From NCBI GenBank assembly GCA_963806225.1, contig CAWDXG010000004.1, positions 5,216,001 to 5,280,000 on the forward strand: 64,000 nt of DNA, written 5' to 3'. A program made the translations under genes and the position numbers. Shown piece after piece: positions 63,958 to 64,000 of the stretch; positions within the stretch are counted from its first letter, which is position 1, and each line of letters opens with the position of its first letter. A model generated the notes under the pieces. That model worked only from the letters and a program-made list of their open reading frames with translations, made no database searches and had not been told where the DNA came from. Source of the stretch: an uncultured delta proteobacterium. Its GTDB lineage: Bacteria; Myxococcota_A; Polyangia; Polyangiales; Polyangiaceae.

Positions 63958-64000
63958 GGCATCGGGATCGTGGGATGGAAGGGGCGGATCGGCCAAGGAA

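Noticed and set aside
63373..63996. Eukaryotic contamination as the source of the Hedgehog-like ORF
   Set aside because: It has no introns or Hint domain, shows the same GC-rich codon style as its neighbours, and is contiguous with a bacterial aldo/keto reductase. Read-level confirmation is still advisable.

Overview
A GC-rich bacterial chromosomal window. The abundant lipoproteins with Gly/Ser/Thr linkers, the Cys-rich repeats, the Ser/Thr kinase-PEGA pair and the sigma-54 activator are typical of Myxococcota, probably Polyangiales (inference). About 65 CDS are readable. I saw no rRNA, tRNA, CRISPR array, integrase or transposase. Six single-base (+1) frameshifts interrupt five otherwise intact genes, most likely long-read consensus errors. 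Highlights: (1) a stand-alone Hedgehog signalling-domain homologue at the right edge, gap-free alignable to Sonic hedgehog, with a lipobox-like Cys in the same register as SHH's palmitoylated Cys; (2) an MNIO (DUF692)/DUF2063 RiPP-type locus facing three paralogous lipoprotein precursors with a twin CxxxNxCxG core; (3) a DUF2271-DUF4266-DUF3570 operon extended by c-type cytochrome lipoproteins and a second beta-barrel; (4) an ECF sigma factor fused to a zinc-finger anti-sigma-like domain, next to two tiny Cys proteins that share one promoter motif; (5) a sigma-54-driven collagen-stalk cytochrome c lipoprotein; (6) a DTW enzyme fused to a degenerate DEDDh-like domain. All family calls come from motif recognition by eye, not database searches.
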